Shown one piece after another: positions 1 to 8,806 of a stretch of DNA of 63,675 nucleotides. Where the stretch lies: NCBI GenBank assembly GCA_028718745.1, contig JAQULF010000004.1, forward strand, positions 1 through 63,675. The letters run 5' to 3'. Source of the stretch: Patescibacteria group bacterium. Lineage in GTDB: Bacteria > Patescibacteriota > JACPGU01. The position numbers and the translations under genes are program-made. The number at the start of each line of letters is the position of its first letter. The stretch's first letter is position 1. The notes beneath the pieces are model-generated. The model searched no databases, was not told the origin of the DNA, and saw only the letters and a program-made list of their open reading frames with translations.

Positions 1-864
1 CATGATTCATCTTTGAAAGACTTGAAAATAAGCAAAGGCGAAATCTACGAATCTTTAAGAGGCGCTGATATGGTTTTTGTAACTTGCGGAATGGGAGGCG
101 GCACCGGTACGGGCGCCGCGCCATCTATCGCCGCTATTGCCAAAGAATTGGGCGCTTTGACTGTTGGAATCGTAACCAAGCCTTTTTCATTTGAGGGAAT
201 TAGACGACAAAAAACTGCCGAATTGGGGATTGAAGAAATTAAGGACAAAGTAGATACTTTGATTGTTATTCCAAATGATAAATTACTCCAGGTAATCGAC
301 AAAAAGACTTCTTTGATTGATGCATTTTCCGTTGTGGACGATGTTTTGCGCCAAGCGGTTCAAGGCATTGCCGACTTAATCACTTACCATGGTATGATCA
401 ATGTTGACTTTGCCGATGTTAAAGCTATTATGGAGGCTTCCGGTTCAGCTTTAATGGGAGTGGGTCGTGGAACAGGCGAATCTCGCGCTATCGAAGCTGC
501 TCGCGCTGCAATAGACAGTCCTTTGCTTGAACTTTCTATCGAAGGGGCAAAAGGTATTTTGTTCAACATTACAGGTTCCCCGGACTTATCCATGTACGAA
601 ATCGATGAAGCTGCCAAGATAATTACCGAAGCTGCTGATAAAGACGCCAATATCATTTTTGGTGCTGTTATAGACGACGCAATGCAATCCGAAGTTAAAA
701 TTACCGTTATCGCTACCGGTTTTGATACCGCCAAGGCTACTAAAAAGAGAAGGATGGAAGAAGAGGAGGAAGAGGGCGAGGATGAAGACGGAGAGGGCAA
801 GAAGAAAAAGCGCGATAGCGATGAGTTGGATGTTCCGGCATTTATACGAAGGAAGATGAAATAG
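1..864 (+). CDS. ftsZ: Cell-division GTPase FtsZ, 5' end cut by window edge
   Basis: Frame open from nt 1; FtsZ/tubulin signature [19 protein letters not shown], acidic linker, C-terminal DVPAFIRRK peptide. Confidence 0.95.
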   Translation, partial: HDSSLKDLKISKGEIYESLRGADMVFVTCGMGGGTGTGAAPSIAAIAKELGALTVGIVTKPFSFEGIRRQKTAELGIEEIKDKVDTLIVIPNDKLLQVIDKKTSLIDAFSVVDDVLRQAVQGIADLITYHGMINVDFADVKAIMEASGSALMGVGRGTGESRAIEAARAAIDSPLLELSIEGAKGILFNITGSPDLSMYEIDEAAKIITEAADKDANIIFGAVIDDAMQSEVKITVIATGFDTAKATKKRRMEEEEEEGEDEDGEGKKKKRDSDELDVPAFIRRKMK

Positions 865-948
865 GAAGGATTGTTGCAACGAATTTTGTCAGGCTTCGCC
901 TGATCAAGTGCAGCTTGAAGATAATTGAGATTATTGGGATATTTATAG

Positions 949-972
949 GGAACAGGCACGCCTGTTCCTTTT
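949..972 (+). terminator. Rho-independent terminator downstream of ftsZ
   Basis: GGAACAGG-CACG-CCTGTTCC hairpin followed by TTTT. Confidence 0.6.
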
Positions 973-1000
973 GGTTGTCGCTTTGGCAGTGGCTTTTCTT

Positions 1001-1030
1001 TAGACAGCCTTACGGCTGTCATTCCGAATT
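1001..1030 (-). repeat. Single-hairpin copy of the GGAATGAC-hairpin element family
   Basis: Reverse strand reads TTCGGAATGAC-AGCC-GTAA-GGCT-GTC; same GGAATGAC lead-in as elements at 45923-45975 and 55264-55325. Confidence 0.4.
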
Positions 1031-1048
1031 CGAACCCCAATTTGGATT

Positions 1049-1082
1049 GACACCCGTGAGGGTGTTATCTTTTGGTTTTTTG
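1049..1082 (+). terminator. Second hairpin plus T-tract in the ftsZ-nrdJ spacer
   Basis: GACACCC-GTGA-GGGTGTT followed by ATCTTTTGGTTTTTTG. Confidence 0.45.
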
Positions 1083-1286
1083 TTTTCCTAAAAAACTAAA
1101 ATCCACCAACTAAAAAGCTAGTTCATAAAGCCCCAAAAATCCTTATTGTTTTTTAGGAGTCATTTTTGATAATATGAATACGGATGGAGGTGCATTAAAA
1201 AAACAAAAGTTTTTTCGTGCTTTTGTTTTTTTAGTTGACTACATATAGGTCTTATATGACATATAAAAAATTTAAAATATACTATC

Positions 1287-3686
1287 ATGGCAAAAAACTC
1301 TTCAAACAAAAAGGTTGCGTTACCAAAGAAGCACAGACTTTTCCTATCGGATAACGCAGTAGAGATTTTAGGGAAAAGATACCTCAAGAAAGACGCCGAA
1401 GGCAATCCAATAGAGAAACCGGAAGCCATGTTTGAAAGAGTTGCTCATCATATTGCCGAAGGCGATCTCAATTTTGAAAGCTCAAAGGATAATGTAAAAA
1501 ACACCGAAATCGAGTTTTATAACACCATGGTTGATCTCGATTTTTTGCCAAATTCTCCGACTTTACGCGGCGCGGGAAGATCAATTCACCAGCTTTCCGC
1601 TTGTTTTGTCTTGCCCATTGAAGATGATATGGAAGGAATTTTTAATTCATTAAAGAATATGGCGCTGGTACATAAAGGCGGAGGAGGAACAGGATTTTCT
1701 TTCGGAAGAATCCGTCCCGAAGGCGATACCGTGGGCACTACCGGAGGAGTTGCCGGCGGGCCGCTGGGCTTTATGCAGATATTTAATACTACCGGAGGGG
1801 AGCTCATGCAGGGAGGGACTCGCGTAGGAGCCAATATGGGAATTTTACCCGTTCATCATCCCGATATTCTAAAATTCATTGACGCTAAGCAGGATAATAA
1901 ATCCTTTCAAAATTTTAATTTTTCTGTTGCCATCACCGACGATTTTATGAAAAAAATGGAGAAAGGCGAGAATTATGATTTGATTAATCCCCGCAATAAA
2001 GAAAAATGGGGGTCTTTGAATGCCAAGGATGTTTTTGAAAAAATGGTGAATAATGCTTGGAAGAATGGCGATCCGGGAATAATTTTTATCGACCGAATCA
2101 ACAAAGACAATTTTACGCCTCAACTGGGTGAAATTGAAAGCACCAATCCTTGCGGCGAACAGCCACTCTTACCTCACGAATCTTGCAATCTTGGTTCAAT
2201 TAACTTGGCTAATATGATTAAGGGCAAGAATATCGACTGGGATCATTACAAAAAAACCATTTATACGGCCGTACATTTCCTTGACAATGTCATTGAAATG
2301 AATAAATACAGAGTTCCGGAAATTGAAACAACAACCAAAGGAAATCGAAAAATCGGCCTGGGAGTTATGGGCTGGGCGGATATGTTAATTCGATTGGGAA
2401 TCCCGTACAATAGTGAAGAAGCAACCAAATTGGCCGAAAAAGTAATGAAATTTCTTCAGGAAGAGGGGAGAAAGGTTTCAATCGAATTGGCTAAGACCAG
2501 AGGCGTTTTTCCAAATTGGAAAGGGAGCGTTTGGGAAAAGAAAAAGATCAAGGTTCGCAATGCCGCCGTTACTACTATCGCGCCTACCGGAACGCTTTCT
2601 ATGATTGGCAATTGCTCGGGAGGAATTGAGCCACTCTTCGCCGTAGCTTATAGCAAAAAATCCATCTGGCAAAAAGACGGCACCGCCAAAGTGGAACAAT
2701 TCTTTGTTAATCCATTATTTGAATTTTTTGCAAAAAAAGAAGGTTTCTGGTCAGAAGATTTGGTCAAGAAAGTGGCTAAGAAAAATTCTATCCAGGATAT
2801 TGCTGAAATTCCAGCCAAATGGAAAAAGGTATTTGTTACCTCTCATGATATTGCGCCTGAATGGCATCTGAAAACCCAGGCAGCTTTTCAAAAATATACG
2901 GATAACGCCGTTAGTAAAACGATTAATTTTCCTAATGAGGCGACCGTGGATGATGTTCGGCAGGCTTATCTTCTTTCCTATAAATTGGGCTGCAAAGGCA
3001 CTACTATATATAGAGATGGCAGCAAAGATACCCAGGTATTTACAACGGAGGCAACCTATAAAGATAAAGACAAGAATCCGCCGGCTGGCGGAGAAGAACC
3101 AAAGAGAGAATTAACTCCTCGCAAAAGACCAAAAGTTACTCATGGGATTACCGAGAAAGTAAAAACCGGCTGCGGCAATCTGTATGTCACGATTAATTTT
3201 GACGAATTTGGACCCTTTGAGGTTTTTACCGCAATGGGAAAAGCCGGCGGCTGCGCTTCGTCACAGCTAGAAGCGCTTGGGCGAATTGTATCATTTTCAT
3301 TGCGCGCCGGATTGCCGGTTGCTGAAATTATCGATCAGCTGCGCGGGATTCGTTGTCCTTCGCCAATTTGGCAGGAGGGTGATCTAATTCTTTCTTGTTC
3401 GGATGCTATCGCGAAGGTTCTAACTTCTCATACCGGATCAGCAGAACAGCCAAAACTTTTTGAAAATGGAAAAAGAAAAACCGATGAAATTCCCGTAGCT
3501 AAGCCGGAAGTAGCTAAAGTGGAGCAGGATCAAAATAAATTCCTTCATGAATTAGCCACCAAGCAACCGGGGGAAATTTCTGGTGTAACAAAAACCATGG
3601 CAACCTGCCCAGACTGCGGCTCCAGCCTCGAACACAAGGAAGGTTGTTTGCTTTGCAATGTTTGCGGGTTCTCAAAATGCGGATAG
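1287..3686 (+). CDS. nrdJ: Class II (adenosylcobalamin-dependent) ribonucleotide reductase
   Basis: 799 aa; NPCGEQPLLPHESCNLGSINL active-site block, TIAPTGTLS, YRDGS, C-terminal CxxC...CxxC zinc-ribbon tail. Confidence 0.93.
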   Translation: MAKNSSNKKVALPKKHRLFLSDNAVEILGKRYLKKDAEGNPIEKPEAMFERVAHHIAEGDLNFESSKDNVKNTEIEFYNTMVDLDFLPNSPTLRGAGRSIHQLSACFVLPIEDDMEGIFNSLKNMALVHKGGGGTGFSFGRIRPEGDTVGTTGGVAGGPLGFMQIFNTTGGELMQGGTRVGANMGILPVHHPDILKFIDAKQDNKSFQNFNFSVAITDDFMKKMEKGENYDLINPRNKEKWGSLNAKDVFEKMVNNAWKNGDPGIIFIDRINKDNFTPQLGEIESTNPCGEQPLLPHESCNLGSINLANMIKGKNIDWDHYKKTIYTAVHFLDNVIEMNKYRVPEIETTTKGNRKIGLGVMGWADMLIRLGIPYNSEEATKLAEKVMKFLQEEGRKVSIELAKTRGVFPNWKGSVWEKKKIKVRNAAVTTIAPTGTLSMIGNCSGGIEPLFAVAYSKKSIWQKDGTAKVEQFFVNPLFEFFAKKEGFWSEDLVKKVAKKNSIQDIAEIPAKWKKVFVTSHDIAPEWHLKTQAAFQKYTDNAVSKTINFPNEATVDDVRQAYLLSYKLGCKGTTIYRDGSKDTQVFTTEATYKDKDKNPPAGGEEPKRELTPRKRPKVTHGITEKVKTGCGNLYVTINFDEFGPFEVFTAMGKAGGCASSQLEALGRIVSFSLRAGLPVAEIIDQLRGIRCPSPIWQEGDLILSCSDAIAKVLTSHTGSAEQPKLFENGKRKTDEIPVAKPEVAKVEQDQNKFLHELATKQPGEISGVTKTMATCPDCGSSLEHKEGCLLCNVCGFSKCG

Positions 3687-3721
3687 TAAGTAGTAAGTAG
3701 TAGGTAGTAAGTATTAAGTAG
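3684..3721 (+). repeat. Tandem GTAG-containing word array (GTAGTAA/GTAGTAG)
   Basis: TAGTAAGTAGTAAGTAGTAGGTAGTAAGTATTAAGTA begins at the nrdJ stop codon; 29/30 inverted match to 11631-11660. Confidence 0.8.
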
Positions 3722-3751
3722 GGGTTTGATTTTATCAAACCCTGTTTTTTT
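3716..3751 (+). terminator. nrdJ terminator with REP-like GTAG + palindrome architecture
   Basis: GTAG-GGGTTTGAT-TTT-ATCAAACCC followed by TGTTTTTTT. Confidence 0.7.
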
Positions 3752-3898
3752 GCCTAAGATCACCCAATAATCCTTGACGGCATCTTAAAAATCTGCTATA
3801 ATTAGCCAAAATCAAAACAAAATTTACCCCGTGAAATTTCTGAAAGAAATATTTCACCGGGGGCCTTTTATCTAAAAAGTAAACAACGGGGTAAATTC

Positions 3899-5149
3899 AT
3901 GTTTAGATTCAAAAAGGTTTTTTTTATTTTCGCTCTAACATTAATCGCGCTTTTATCAAGCTGCTCTTTTGCTGTGCCAAAAGCAAAGGGCGCGATAAAT
4001 CGCGCCCCTACAAATTATAATTATGATTTGATTTCTCAATCAGCTTATCCTTCAACCTTAGAACCGGGAGCAACCACCAATGTTTGGATAGAAGTAAAAA
4101 ATACCGGCAACCAGATTTGGCAGAAAAATGGCACTACCGCAGTAAGACTAGGTTCCGGTTCAGCCTATGGCAATCGAAACCAAAAAAGGGACTATGATTC
4201 AGAATTTGCCGGTTCCGACTGGCTTTCTGCCAATAGGCCTTCGGCTATTTCTAATGACACAGTTGCACCCGGAGAAACTACGCGGTTTCAATTTAACATT
4301 AAAGTTCCGAATAATCCCGGCAATTACAAAGCTTATTTTACGCCCGTAGTTGACGGCGTAGCTTGGATGAAAGACATTGGCCTCTATTGGCAGATCACCG
4401 TCAAGGGCAATGGCGCTAATCCGATTGATAAAAATCTTAGCCAAACCGGCACTGTAAATAGTACGGCAACCATTTATCAAACTAGCGATCTAATCAATGA
4501 TTTTGCTCCGGCAGTAGTTAAGATCGTCTGCAAAGCCAGCTCAAGATACTGGAGCCAAGGTTCGGGAACTCTTTTTCACAACTCTGATGGCGATCCGAAT
4601 CTTCCCGAATACTATATCATAACCAATCTGCATGTGGTTCAAACAGATGACGGCTCGGTTTCCAATTGCGATATCAAAATCTTTCCGGATTATAAAAATA
4701 GCGATCGCTACTTAACTTTTACAAGCCAAGGATACAAAGATTACGGCGATAATTTAGACTTCGCTATCTTGGAACCAAAGGTTCACCCCGCCACCGGCGG
4801 GGTAAATTCTAGCAAGGCCTCTGCCGGCACATTTGCCGATCTGGCGCGCTACGCAGAGGAAGATAGTAGAATAGCGGGAGGAGATCTTACTCAAGAAAAC
4901 ATTGGCGAAAGAATGATAGTTTTTGGATACCCGGAAAACGGCGGGCTTTTCGTTAGTGAAGGGAATATCGTGGGCTACGAAACCTATCAAAGTTCAGAGT
5001 ATCTGGACACTTCCGCGCTTTTGCGCCATGGCAACTCTGGGGGATTGGCGGTTAATTCTTACGGCCAAATCCTCGGCATCCCAACCTTTGTCAAAGGAAA
5101 TATTGGGATGGTTTTGGATATGGATTATTTGGCAAGCAAGGTTTTTTAA
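3899..5149 (+). CDS. Secreted lipoprotein, trypsin-like (S1 family) serine protease with N-terminal beta-sandwich-like domain
   Basis: Signal peptide with lipobox LLSSC; catalytic-triad-like TNLHVV, DFAIL, GNSGGLAV. Confidence 0.75.
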   Translation: MFRFKKVFFIFALTLIALLSSCSFAVPKAKGAINRAPTNYNYDLISQSAYPSTLEPGATTNVWIEVKNTGNQIWQKNGTTAVRLGSGSAYGNRNQKRDYDSEFAGSDWLSANRPSAISNDTVAPGETTRFQFNIKVPNNPGNYKAYFTPVVDGVAWMKDIGLYWQITVKGNGANPIDKNLSQTGTVNSTATIYQTSDLINDFAPAVVKIVCKASSRYWSQGSGTLFHNSDGDPNLPEYYIITNLHVVQTDDGSVSNCDIKIFPDYKNSDRYLTFTSQGYKDYGDNLDFAILEPKVHPATGGVNSSKASAGTFADLARYAEEDSRIAGGDLTQENIGERMIVFGYPENGGLFVSEGNIVGYETYQSSEYLDTSALLRHGNSGGLAVNSYGQILGIPTFVKGNIGMVLDMDYLASKVF

Positions 5150-5150
5150 T

Positions 5151-5262
5151 GTTGGTTCAATGCTCCCGCATTGAACCATGAATGTACAATAACGCATTAA
5201 AAAATCTTTTTAGAAACTTCAAGATGTACATATTAGGTTCAAATCAGGAGATTTGAACCAAC
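5151..5262 (+). mobile_element. 112-bp REP-doublet (REPIN/MITE-like) element, copy 1
   Basis: Terminal inverted hairpins GTTG-GTTCAATG-CTCCCG-CATTGAAC-C and GGTTCAAAT-CAGGAG-ATTTGAACC-AAC; 110/112 identical to 6689-6800; lies between the protease stop and its terminator. Confidence 0.7.
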
Positions 5263-5281
5263 GAATGACAAATACGAATTT

Positions 5282-5306
5282 GTTCGGAATTATTCCGAAC
5301 TTTTTT
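5282..5306 (+). terminator. Rho-independent terminator (protease gene), displaced by the 112-bp element
   Basis: GTTCGGAAT-T-ATTCCGAAC followed by TTTTTT. Confidence 0.7.
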
Positions 5307-5322
5307 GTGTCATATGTCTACA

Positions 5323-5350
5323 TTGCAATAAGAATTGTGAAGGGTATAAT
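5323..5350 (+). promoter_or_regulatory. Sigma-70-type promoter for thyX
   Basis: TTGCAA, 16-nt spacer, TATAAT; 27 nt upstream of the ATG. Confidence 0.5.
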
Positions 5351-5377
5351 TAAAATAAATAATACTAAATCTTTCTC

Positions 5378-6670
5378 ATGAAGATTTTCATTTATGATGA
5401 ATTCGGACCGGAAAACACGGCCATGATGCAGGCGCTTTATTCCAGAAGCGCCGAAAGTGTTGAGAAGCATGCCGAGCAGGTAAAATCCACCGGATCCGGC
5501 AAATTTATGGAGAAATTCTATGTCGGTTACGGACATTCCAGCATCGCCGATTGCGGAAGCACGACGGTTTTTATTGAACAAATAAGTATTTTGGCAGACA
5601 AAGCTTTGCAAGATTGGCCACTTTATTCGGGACAAGAAACCAGCACTCGCTATGTCGATATGGCCAAACAAGCCATCATTGACCCGATTGGTAACAAAGA
5701 ATCAAAAGAGATTTTGGACAAATGGATGGCTTTTTATGTGGGAAGCCAGGAGGAAGTCGAAAAGCATTTGATGAAAAAATATCCCAAAAAGCCGGATGAA
5801 GACGAGGCCGTTTATGGGAAAGCGATTAAAGCCAGATGTTTCGACAGTTTGCGCGGTTTTTTGCCGGCCGGAATTACGACGCAATTAAGTTGGCACACCA
5901 ATCTTCGCCAAGCCGCGGACAAATTAGCAACTTTGCGATATCATCCTTTGGCAGAAGTTAGAGAAATGGAAGAAAAAATACTTTCAGCTCTTCAAGAAAA
6001 ATATCCGAGCAGTTTCAGCCACAAGCTTTATGACGAGCAGGAAAAATACAGAAAAATGGTGGGGGAGAATTATACTTATTTCGGCGAGCAAAAGTTGGCC
6101 AAAGATTTTTCTTTCACAACGACAATTGATCCGAAAGAGTTAAGTGAATATAAAACGCTGATTGAGAATCGACCGGAAAAAACCAATCTGCCATATTTTT
6201 TGGCGGACTTGGGATTAAATAATTTTGAGTTCTATCTCGACTACGGATCGTTCCGTGATATTCAAAGGCACCGCAATGGCGTTTGCCGAATGCCACTTTT
6301 GACCACCAAATTTGGTTTTCATCAATGGTATTTGGAGCAATTACCCGATTCAGTTCGTAGCGAAGCGGAGAAATTAATTGAGGAACAAAAAACTGCAATT
6401 GCAAAACTAAAAGCTAGCAAAGAAGATTTGCAGTATTATATTGCAATCGGTTTTAATGTTGTCTGCCAAGTTTCTTACGGATTGCCGGCAACTATTTATA
6501 CAGTTGAATTGCGTTCTGGAAAAATGGTGCATCCAACTTTGCGCGTCATAGCGCATCAGATGTGCGATGCATTGACTGAAAAATTTCCAGATCTTATGCT
6601 TCACGCCGACAAATCTCCGAGCGATTGGGATATTCGAAGGGGATTGCAGGATATCAAGCCAAAAGAGTAA
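5378..6670 (+). CDS. thyX: Flavin-dependent thymidylate synthase ThyX-like, double-length (two Thy1-like halves)
   Basis: GHSSI, SGQETSTRYV (SxxxxSxRY-like) in first half; RHR motif (FRDIQRHRNG) only in second half; sits between nrdJ and tmk-glyA. Confidence 0.65.
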   Translation: MKIFIYDEFGPENTAMMQALYSRSAESVEKHAEQVKSTGSGKFMEKFYVGYGHSSIADCGSTTVFIEQISILADKALQDWPLYSGQETSTRYVDMAKQAIIDPIGNKESKEILDKWMAFYVGSQEEVEKHLMKKYPKKPDEDEAVYGKAIKARCFDSLRGFLPAGITTQLSWHTNLRQAADKLATLRYHPLAEVREMEEKILSALQEKYPSSFSHKLYDEQEKYRKMVGENYTYFGEQKLAKDFSFTTTIDPKELSEYKTLIENRPEKTNLPYFLADLGLNNFEFYLDYGSFRDIQRHRNGVCRMPLLTTKFGFHQWYLEQLPDSVRSEAEKLIEEQKTAIAKLKASKEDLQYYIAIGFNVVCQVSYGLPATIYTVELRSGKMVHPTLRVIAHQMCDALTEKFPDLMLHADKSPSDWDIRRGLQDIKPKE

Positions 6671-6688
6671 TTATAAATCATTTCCAGC

Positions 6689-6800
6689 GTTGGTTCAATG
6701 CTCCCGCATTGAACCGTGAATGTACAATGACGCATTAAAAAATCTTTTTAGAAACTTCAAGATGTACATATTAGGTTCAAATCAGGAGATTTGAACCAAC
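6689..6800 (+). mobile_element. 112-bp REP-doublet (REPIN/MITE-like) element, copy 2
   Basis: Same orientation as copy 1, 2 mismatches (A/G at two positions). Confidence 0.7.
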
Positions 6801-6844
6801 AATTAGATATTCGCAGGGGATTACAAGATATTAAAGAAAAATAA
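6801..6844 (+). pseudogene. Relic of a thyX 3' end
   Basis: 6806-6844 reads DIRRGLQDIKEK*, versus current thyX end DIRRGLQDIKPKE* (6629-6670); 25/30 nt identical in the core; in-frame TAG upstream inside the repeat; ends 2 nt before the tmk ATG. Confidence 0.6.
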
Positions 6845-6846
6845 AC

Positions 6847-7521
6847 ATGCAAAAAGGTAAATTTATTGTTATTGAAGGAACCGATGGTTCCGGTAAGGCG
6901 ACGCAAATTGAATTGTTATCCGAGAGATTAAAAAAAGAAGGTTTAGAAATAGAAACCGCCGATTTTCCTCAATATGATAATTTTTCAAGCGGTTTCGTAG
7001 CCAAATACCTGCGGGGTGAATATGGTACGCTTGATGAAGTTGGGCCATATCGAGGATCAATTTTTTTCTCTGTCGATCGTTATGATAAATCATTTGATAT
7101 TAAAAAATGGTTAGATGAAGGCAAAACAGTTTTTAGCAATCGCTATACTTCCGCCAATATGGGACACCAGACAGCCAAGATTGAAGGTAAAGAAAAAAGA
7201 GACGAATTTCTGGACTGGCTTAATCATTTGGAATTTGATATTTTTGAGATTCCTAAACCGGATTTAACAATTTTGCTTTTTGTGCCTCCGGATATCGGAC
7301 AAAAATTAGTCGATAGAAAAGAAGCGCGAGAATATACGAAAGGCAAGAAAAGAGACATTCACGAAGCTGATATTAATCATTTGAAAAAGGCCTCGGAAGC
7401 ATTTCTTTATGTAGCGGAAAAATATGGCTGGACTGTCATCGATTGCACCGAAAATGGCCAACTTCTTTCTCGCGAAAAAATCCATGAAAAAATATATGAA
7501 GTAGTTAAAAAAATAATTTAA
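6847..7521 (+). CDS. tmk: Thymidylate kinase
   Basis: P-loop IVIEGTDGSGKATQ, DRY-like SVDRYDKS, lid region. Confidence 0.93.
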   Translation: MQKGKFIVIEGTDGSGKATQIELLSERLKKEGLEIETADFPQYDNFSSGFVAKYLRGEYGTLDEVGPYRGSIFFSVDRYDKSFDIKKWLDEGKTVFSNRYTSANMGHQTAKIEGKEKRDEFLDWLNHLEFDIFEIPKPDLTILLFVPPDIGQKLVDRKEAREYTKGKKRDIHEADINHLKKASEAFLYVAEKYGWTVIDCTENGQLLSREKIHEKIYEVVKKII

Positions 7522-7526
7522 AACCC

Positions 7527-8726
7527 ATGAAAGACAAACAAATTGAGAAGCTTATAAAGGCGGAAGAGGAGAGGCAGGAAAAAACTATTTCCCTGATCGC
7601 TTCGGAAAATTATGTTTCCGACGATGTTCTGACTGCGCTTGGATCCAAATTTACCAACAAATACTCCGAAGGTTATCCGGGTAAAAGATATTATAAGGGC
7701 CAAACTTTTACCGATGAAGTGGAAAATCTTTGCCAAGAAAGAGCGCTAAAACTATTTAAGCTTTCACCTGAAAAATGGAGCGTTAATGTTCAGCCACTTT
7801 CCGGTTCACCGGCAAATCTGGCTGTTTATGTGGCGCTCGTACCGCTGGGTGAAAAAGTAATGGGTATGTCGCTCGATCACGGCGGACATTTGACTCACGG
7901 CCACAAAGTTTCGGTTACCGGAAAATTTTGGCATCAGATTCCTTATGGCGTAAATAAAGATACAGAGGTTATCGATTATGATGAAATAAAGAAAATTGCG
8001 CTAGAAGAAAAACCAAAAATGATTATCGCCGGATATACCGCCTATCCTAGAATTGTAGATTTTAAAAAATTCAGAGAGATTGCTGACGACAACAATGCGA
8101 TTCTTATGGTAGATATGTCTCACTTTGCCGGACTCGTCGCGGGAGAAGCTTATCCATCTCCATTTGAATATGCGGATATTGTAACTACTACCACGCATAA
8201 AACTTTGCGAGGTCCGCGAAGTGCTTTAATTTTTGCTCGCAAAGATAAAACTCAAACCAGCGCCAAGGGTAATGAAGTCAGTTTTGCTGATCTGATAGAC
8301 AAAGCCGTATTTCCCGGACTTCAAGGCGGTCCGCACATGAATCAAATCGCAGCAGTTGCCGTGGCGCTAAAAGAAGCAGATACACCGGAGTTTAAAAAGT
8401 ATGCTGAACAAGTTATAAAAAATGCTCACACATTGACAGATGAATTGAAAAAGTTGGGCTGGAAAATTATTTCCGGAGGAACAGATAGTCATCTTATTCT
8501 GGTAGATACATTTATGGGGGGCGAAGGAATGAGTGGGGCCGAAGCTAGTGATAAATTGGAAAAAGAGGGGATTATCGTCAATAAAAATACGATTCCAAAT
8601 GAAACTCGAAGCCCAATGGATCCTTCCGGCATTCGCCTCGGCACCGCCGGCGAAACCACAAGAGGAGCAAAAGAAAAAGATATGGTGAATCTAGCGAAAC
8701 GAATTGATGAGGCGTTAAGAAAATAA
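7527..8726 (+). CDS. glyA: Serine hydroxymethyltransferase
   Basis: SLIASENY, PLP-lysine block TTTTHKTLRGPRSALIF. Confidence 0.95.
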   Translation: MKDKQIEKLIKAEEERQEKTISLIASENYVSDDVLTALGSKFTNKYSEGYPGKRYYKGQTFTDEVENLCQERALKLFKLSPEKWSVNVQPLSGSPANLAVYVALVPLGEKVMGMSLDHGGHLTHGHKVSVTGKFWHQIPYGVNKDTEVIDYDEIKKIALEEKPKMIIAGYTAYPRIVDFKKFREIADDNNAILMVDMSHFAGLVAGEAYPSPFEYADIVTTTTHKTLRGPRSALIFARKDKTQTSAKGNEVSFADLIDKAVFPGLQGGPHMNQIAAVAVALKEADTPEFKKYAEQVIKNAHTLTDELKKLGWKIISGGTDSHLILVDTFMGGEGMSGAEASDKLEKEGIIVNKNTIPNETRSPMDPSGIRLGTAGETTRGAKEKDMVNLAKRIDEALRK

Positions 8727-8806
8727 ACTCGAGCTTTGCATATTTACAATTTGGCTGTTTTAAGCTAGAATTAAACAAAAAATCCAAGAAAGCGGGGCGA
8801 CTACCG

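Noticed and set aside
384-1040. 218-aa minus-strand ORF overlapping the ftsZ 3' end and the spacer
   Set aside because: It is antisense to a confidently identified ftsZ, has a low-complexity Ser/Ala-rich translation, and shows no start context. It is an artefact of the open antisense frame.
1230-1286. Possible NrdR box or cobalamin riboswitch upstream of nrdJ
   Set aside because: Only a CATATA-N5-TATATG inverted repeat is present. I cannot fit two 16-bp NrdR boxes at the expected ~31-nt spacing. There is no B12-box-like GC-rich core, and the leader is too short and AT-rich for a cobalamin riboswitch.
5151-5262. tRNA or tRNA fragment suggested by GGTTCAAATC and GGTTCAATG strings
   Set aside because: There is no acceptor stem, D-arm or anticodon arm. 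The strings are the stems of the REP-like hairpins.
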